From: Bacteroidia bacterium
Lineage (GTDB): Bacteria; Bacteroidota; Bacteroidia; NS11-12g; UBA9320
DNA: 64,000 nucleotides
Assembly: GCA_965216465.1 (NCBI GenBank)
Contig: CBDCFW010000005.1
Span: 96,001-160,000, forward strand
Direction of reading: 5' to 3'
Shown here: positions 60,597 through 64,000 of the stretch, piece by piece
Layout: every line of letters begins with the position of its first letter
Position numbering within the stretch: the first letter of the stretch is position 1
Program-made: the position numbers and the translations under genes
The notes under the pieces: model-generated
The model's input: only the letters and a program-made list of their open reading frames with translations
Databases searched by the model: none
What the model was told of the DNA's origin: nothing

Positions 60597-63023
60597 ATGG
60601 AGGCACAGTTTTCACCAGGAGTAAAAGAAGTTATTCAATTTAGTCGCGAAGAAGCGATAAGATTGGGGCATAGTTATATAGGCACTGAACACCTATTACT
60701 AGGGCTTATAAGACAAGGAGACGGTAAGGCTATTCGTCACCTTAAATCGATGGGCATTGACATGCTTCGACTGAAAAAGGCAGTTGAAGATAGTATTCGA
60801 GACACAACCAGTAAGTCATCGAACATTGGAAATATTCCATTGACCAAGCAGGCAGAAAAAGCCTTAAAAATTACCTACCTTGAAGCGAAAATTTTTAAAG
60901 ACGATGTTATTCGTACAGAACACCTCTTGCTTTCAATTTTAAGAGATGAAGATAACGTTGCATCGCAAATACTAAATCAGTTTGGGGTAGACTACGATTT
61001 ATTTAAAAGTGCTATGGAAGACAAACTTCCTGATATTAATATCGAAATGAGCACGGATTCTCCAGAAGATTTCTATCACGAAGAGAGTGGCAAAACTGCT
61101 CCACCTTCGAAAAGTCCAAAGAACAAAAGCAAAACTCCTGTACTTGACAACTTCGGTCGTGATTTAACCAAATTAGCAGAAGAAGATAAACTAGATCCTA
61201 TTGTAGGTAGAGAAAAAGAAATAGAGCGTGTATCACAAATTCTTAGCCGAAGAAAGAAGAACAACCCTGTTCTTATTGGTGAGCCTGGAGTTGGTAAAAC
61301 TGCTATCGCAGAAGGCTTGGCACTTCGAATCGTACAACGCAAGGTTTCACGGGTATTGTTCGACAAACGTGTTGTAACCCTTGATTTAGCAAGTTTAGTT
61401 GCTGGAACAAAGTACCGAGGTCAATTCGAAGAGCGAATGAAGGCGGTAATGAACGAGTTGGAGAAAACAACAGATGTAATTCTTTTCATAGACGAAATTC
61501 ACACTATCGTTGGAGCTGGAGGAGCTTCAGGTTCATTAGATGCATCAAATATGTTTAAGCCTGCACTTGCCAGAGGAGAAATTCAATGTGTTGGTGCAAC
61601 TACCTTAGATGAATACCGTCAGTTTATAGAAAAAGATGGAGCCTTAGAACGTAGATTCCAATCCGTTATGGTTGAGCCTACTTCTCCAGAAGAAACGCTG
61701 GAGATCTTGAATAACATCAAGCCTAAGTATGAAGATCACCACAGTGTTACTTATAGTGATGAAGCAATGGAAGCTTCAGTAAATATGAGTGTTAGATACA
61801 TTACTGACCGTCACTTACCTGATAAAGCGATTGACGTTTTAGATGAAGTTGGTGCTCGTGTTCATTTATCGAATATTCATGTTCCTCAAGACATCTTAGA
61901 ACTAGAAAAAAAGGTTGAAGAAATTAAAGAAGAAAAGAATCGTGTCGTTAAAAGTCAAAAATACGAAGAGGCGGCAAGATTAAGAGATAAAGAAAAATCA
62001 CTTCTTGAGAATCTTGATACAGCAAAAGCTAGATGGGAAGAAGAAAGCAAAACTCAACGCTACACTGTCACTGAAGATGATGTTGCTGATGTAATTGCTA
62101 TGATGACAGGTATTCCAACCAAGCGTATTGCACAAAGCGAAGGAAATAGATTGCTTCAAATGGGCGACGAGCTAAAAGCGAATGTAATTGGTCAAGATAC
62201 TGCCGTTGCAAAGCTGACTAAAGCCATTCAACGTACTCGAGCAGGACTTAAAGCTCCAAATAAACCAATTGGTTCCTTTATTTTCTTAGGAGCTACAGGA
62301 GTTGGTAAGACTGAATTGGCAAAATCATTGGCTAAATACTTGTTTGACACTAAAGAAGCATTGCTTCGAATTGACATGAGTGAATACATGGAAAAATTCG
62401 CTGTATCTCGTTTAGTTGGAGCGCCTCCGGGATACGTTGGATATGAAGAAGGTGGAATTTTGACTGAAAAGATAAGAAGAAAGCCTTACTCTGTAGTCTT
62501 ATTCGACGAGATTGAGAAAGCTCATCCAGACGTATTTAACTTGTTATTGCAAGTATTGGATGAAGGGTTCTTAACTGATAGTTTGGGTAGAAAAGTTGAT
62601 TTCAGAAACACCATCATCATTATGACCAGTAATATTGGTTCTCGCCAACTTAAAGAGTTTGGTTCTGGTGTTGGATTCTCTACTGCCGCTAAAGACAGAG
62701 CTCAAGATTTGAATGCCAAAGGTGTTATTGAAACTGCTCTTAAGCGTTTCTTCTCACCAGAATTCTTGAATAGAATTGATGATGTTATCGTGTTCAATTC
62801 ATTAGCAAAAGAAGACATCGAAAAAATCTTAGATATTGCTGTAAAAGAATTAATGTCACGTATTAAGCAAATTGGTTTCGACATTAAACTTAGCAAATCA
62901 GCAAAAGAGTTTTTAGTTGACAAAGGATTTGATGCAGATTTTGGTGCCAGACCGCTTAACCGAGCAATTCAAAAATACCTAGAAGATCCATTAGCTGAAG
63001 AAATTTTAAAATCTGAACGTTAA
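60597..63023 (+). CDS. clpC: ATP-dependent Clp protease ATP-binding subunit ClpC (apparent frameshift near the 3' end; the natural end is probably 63126)
   Basis: Clp-N repeats, GEPGVGKT, UVR-like QKYEEAARLRD, GATGVGKT, FGARPLNRAIQ. Confidence 0.95.
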   Translation: MEAQFSPGVKEVIQFSREEAIRLGHSYIGTEHLLLGLIRQGDGKAIRHLKSMGIDMLRLKKAVEDSIRDTTSKSSNIGNIPLTKQAEKALKITYLEAKIFKDDVIRTEHLLLSILRDEDNVASQILNQFGVDYDLFKSAMEDKLPDINIEMSTDSPEDFYHEESGKTAPPSKSPKNKSKTPVLDNFGRDLTKLAEEDKLDPIVGREKEIERVSQILSRRKKNNPVLIGEPGVGKTAIAEGLALRIVQRKVSRVLFDKRVVTLDLASLVAGTKYRGQFEERMKAVMNELEKTTDVILFIDEIHTIVGAGGASGSLDASNMFKPALARGEIQCVGATTLDEYRQFIEKDGALERRFQSVMVEPTSPEETLEILNNIKPKYEDHHSVTYSDEAMEASVNMSVRYITDRHLPDKAIDVLDEVGARVHLSNIHVPQDILELEKKVEEIKEEKNRVVKSQKYEEAARLRDKEKSLLENLDTAKARWEEESKTQRYTVTEDDVADVIAMMTGIPTKRIAQSEGNRLLQMGDELKANVIGQDTAVAKLTKAIQRTRAGLKAPNKPIGSFIFLGATGVGKTELAKSLAKYLFDTKEALLRIDMSEYMEKFAVSRLVGAPPGYVGYEEGGILTEKIRRKPYSVVLFDEIEKAHPDVFNLLLQVLDEGFLTDSLGRKVDFRNTIIIMTSNIGSRQLKEFGSGVGFSTAAKDRAQDLNAKGVIETALKRFFSPEFLNRIDDVIVFNSLAKEDIEKILDIAVKELMSRIKQIGFDIKLSKSAKEFLVDKGFDADFGARPLNRAIQKYLEDPLAEEILKSER

Positions 63024-63126
63024 GGCTGGTGACATTCTTAAAGTTGATTTCGATAAGAAGAAAGAACACCTGGTCTTCAAAAAAGAAAAGAAAAAAACTA
63101 CCGCCGAAGAAAAGGAAGTGAAATAA
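63019..63126 (+). other. Out-of-frame (+1) C-terminal tail of clpC
   Basis: Reads VKAGDILKVDFDKKKEHLVFKKEKKKTTAEEKEVK*, resembling the usual Clp GD-x-(I/L)-x-V ending. Confidence 0.75.
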
Positions 63127-63154
63127 CTTCGGTCTTTAGCAAATAAATTCTTTC

Positions 63155-63184
63155 AAAAAGCATGCGAATCGCATGCTTTTTTTT
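63155..63184 (+). terminator. Intrinsic terminator downstream of clpC
   Basis: AAAAAGCATGCG-AAT-CGCATGC followed by T8. Confidence 0.85.
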
Positions 63185-63225
63185 GCTTTATCCATCCTCG
63201 TTTTATTGTAACTTTGCCACTCGTA

Positions 63226-63753
63226 ATGGAAATAGGACAAAAACTTTTTAACTTCACGCTTAAGGGCACAAACAATAGAAACTATGACAAGTACACCTTT
63301 GCTGACAGAACAGCTTTGGTATTAATCGTAACTTGTAATCATTGTCCATATGCCAGAGCCTATTGGGACCGGTTGGTTAGGCTTTACAACCAATATGAGC
63401 ATGATAATTTGATGATTTTGGCCATCAACCCAAATGACCCTGAACAATATCCAGCTGACTCCTTTGAGGAGATGAAGAAACTTAAAAAGGAACTGAAGCT
63501 GCCATTTCCTTACCTTTACGATGAAGATCAAAGTGTAGCCAAAAAATTAGGTGCAACAAGAACTCCTGAAGCATTTGTATTCAACAGCAAAAGAGAGTTG
63601 GTGTACCAAGGTGCTATTGATGACAACTGGGAGAACCCACACATGGTAATGCGCGTGTACCTCGAAGATGCAATTGAATACACACTAGATGGTATGGAGC
63701 CGGATTACAGCGAAATTCCTGCAGTAGGATGCAGCGTTAAGTGGAAAAAATAA
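63226..63753 (+). CDS. Thioredoxin-family (AhpC/TSA-like) protein
   Basis: CNHCPY, YPADSF, FPYLYDEDQ, GATRTPE, GCSVKWK. Confidence 0.9.
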   Translation: MEIGQKLFNFTLKGTNNRNYDKYTFADRTALVLIVTCNHCPYARAYWDRLVRLYNQYEHDNLMILAINPNDPEQYPADSFEEMKKLKKELKLPFPYLYDEDQSVAKKLGATRTPEAFVFNSKRELVYQGAIDDNWENPHMVMRVYLEDAIEYTLDGMEPDYSEIPAVGCSVKWKK

Positions 63754-63827
63754 AAGTTTGAGTTTCTTTCAGGCTAAAAATTTTATCATTACAGGAGCTA
63801 AAGAGATTGATTCTCCAATACAACAAC

Positions 63828-64000
63828 ATGGATATATTACAACTTCTTAAGGAGCAAACAGCAATTGCATTAAACGCTTTGTACGGCATAGAGGATGCAG
63901 AAGTGAGTTTTGAAGAAACTAATGCAAAATTCAAGGGTGATTACACTTTTGTGGTATTTCCTTACCTAAGGCACTCACGTAAAAAGCCAGAAGATACGGC
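63828..64000 (+). CDS. argS: Arginine--tRNA ligase N-terminus, partial, runs off window end
   Basis: Manual translation MDILQLLKEQTAIALNALYG...TNAKFKGDYTFVVFPYLRHSRKKPED resembles the Bacteroidota ArgS N-terminal domain. Confidence 0.8.
   Translation, partial: MDILQLLKEQTAIALNALYGIEDAEVSFEETNAKFKGDYTFVVFPYLRHSRKKPEDT

Overview
A 64 kb AT-rich chromosomal window from a member of the Bacteroidota. The assignment rests on a porP-gldKLMN T9SS/gliding locus, T9SS cargo proteins and TAnnTTTG promoters. Most of the window is housekeeping genes (ychF, rpe, recF, pdhA, ribH, trpS, truA, ftcD, rnr, nth, pruA, dnaB, clpC, argS). I saw no rRNA, tRNA, CRISPR array or transposase/integrase. The standout region is an accessory block at about 43.6-49.2 kb on the minus strand. 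It holds an uncharacterised secreted protein of about 700 aa with a T9SS-CTD-like tail, translationally coupled to five paralogous Cys-rich lipoproteins in near-constant 666-669 bp units. The copies have conserved ends, variable cores, conserved palindromic junctions and mosaic patches of identity, and a terminator-like hairpin lies upstream. This looks like an effector plus immunity-type or receptor-type diversifying array, which is an inference. Other notable items: an orphan second gldL/gldM motor pair behind a sigma54-type promoter, a one-base frameshift near the 3' end of clpC, a DnaA-box cluster upstream of dnaB, a Cys-repeat lipoprotein and a hepta-heme TPR lipoprotein. All product calls come from motif recognition by eye; no database search was run.
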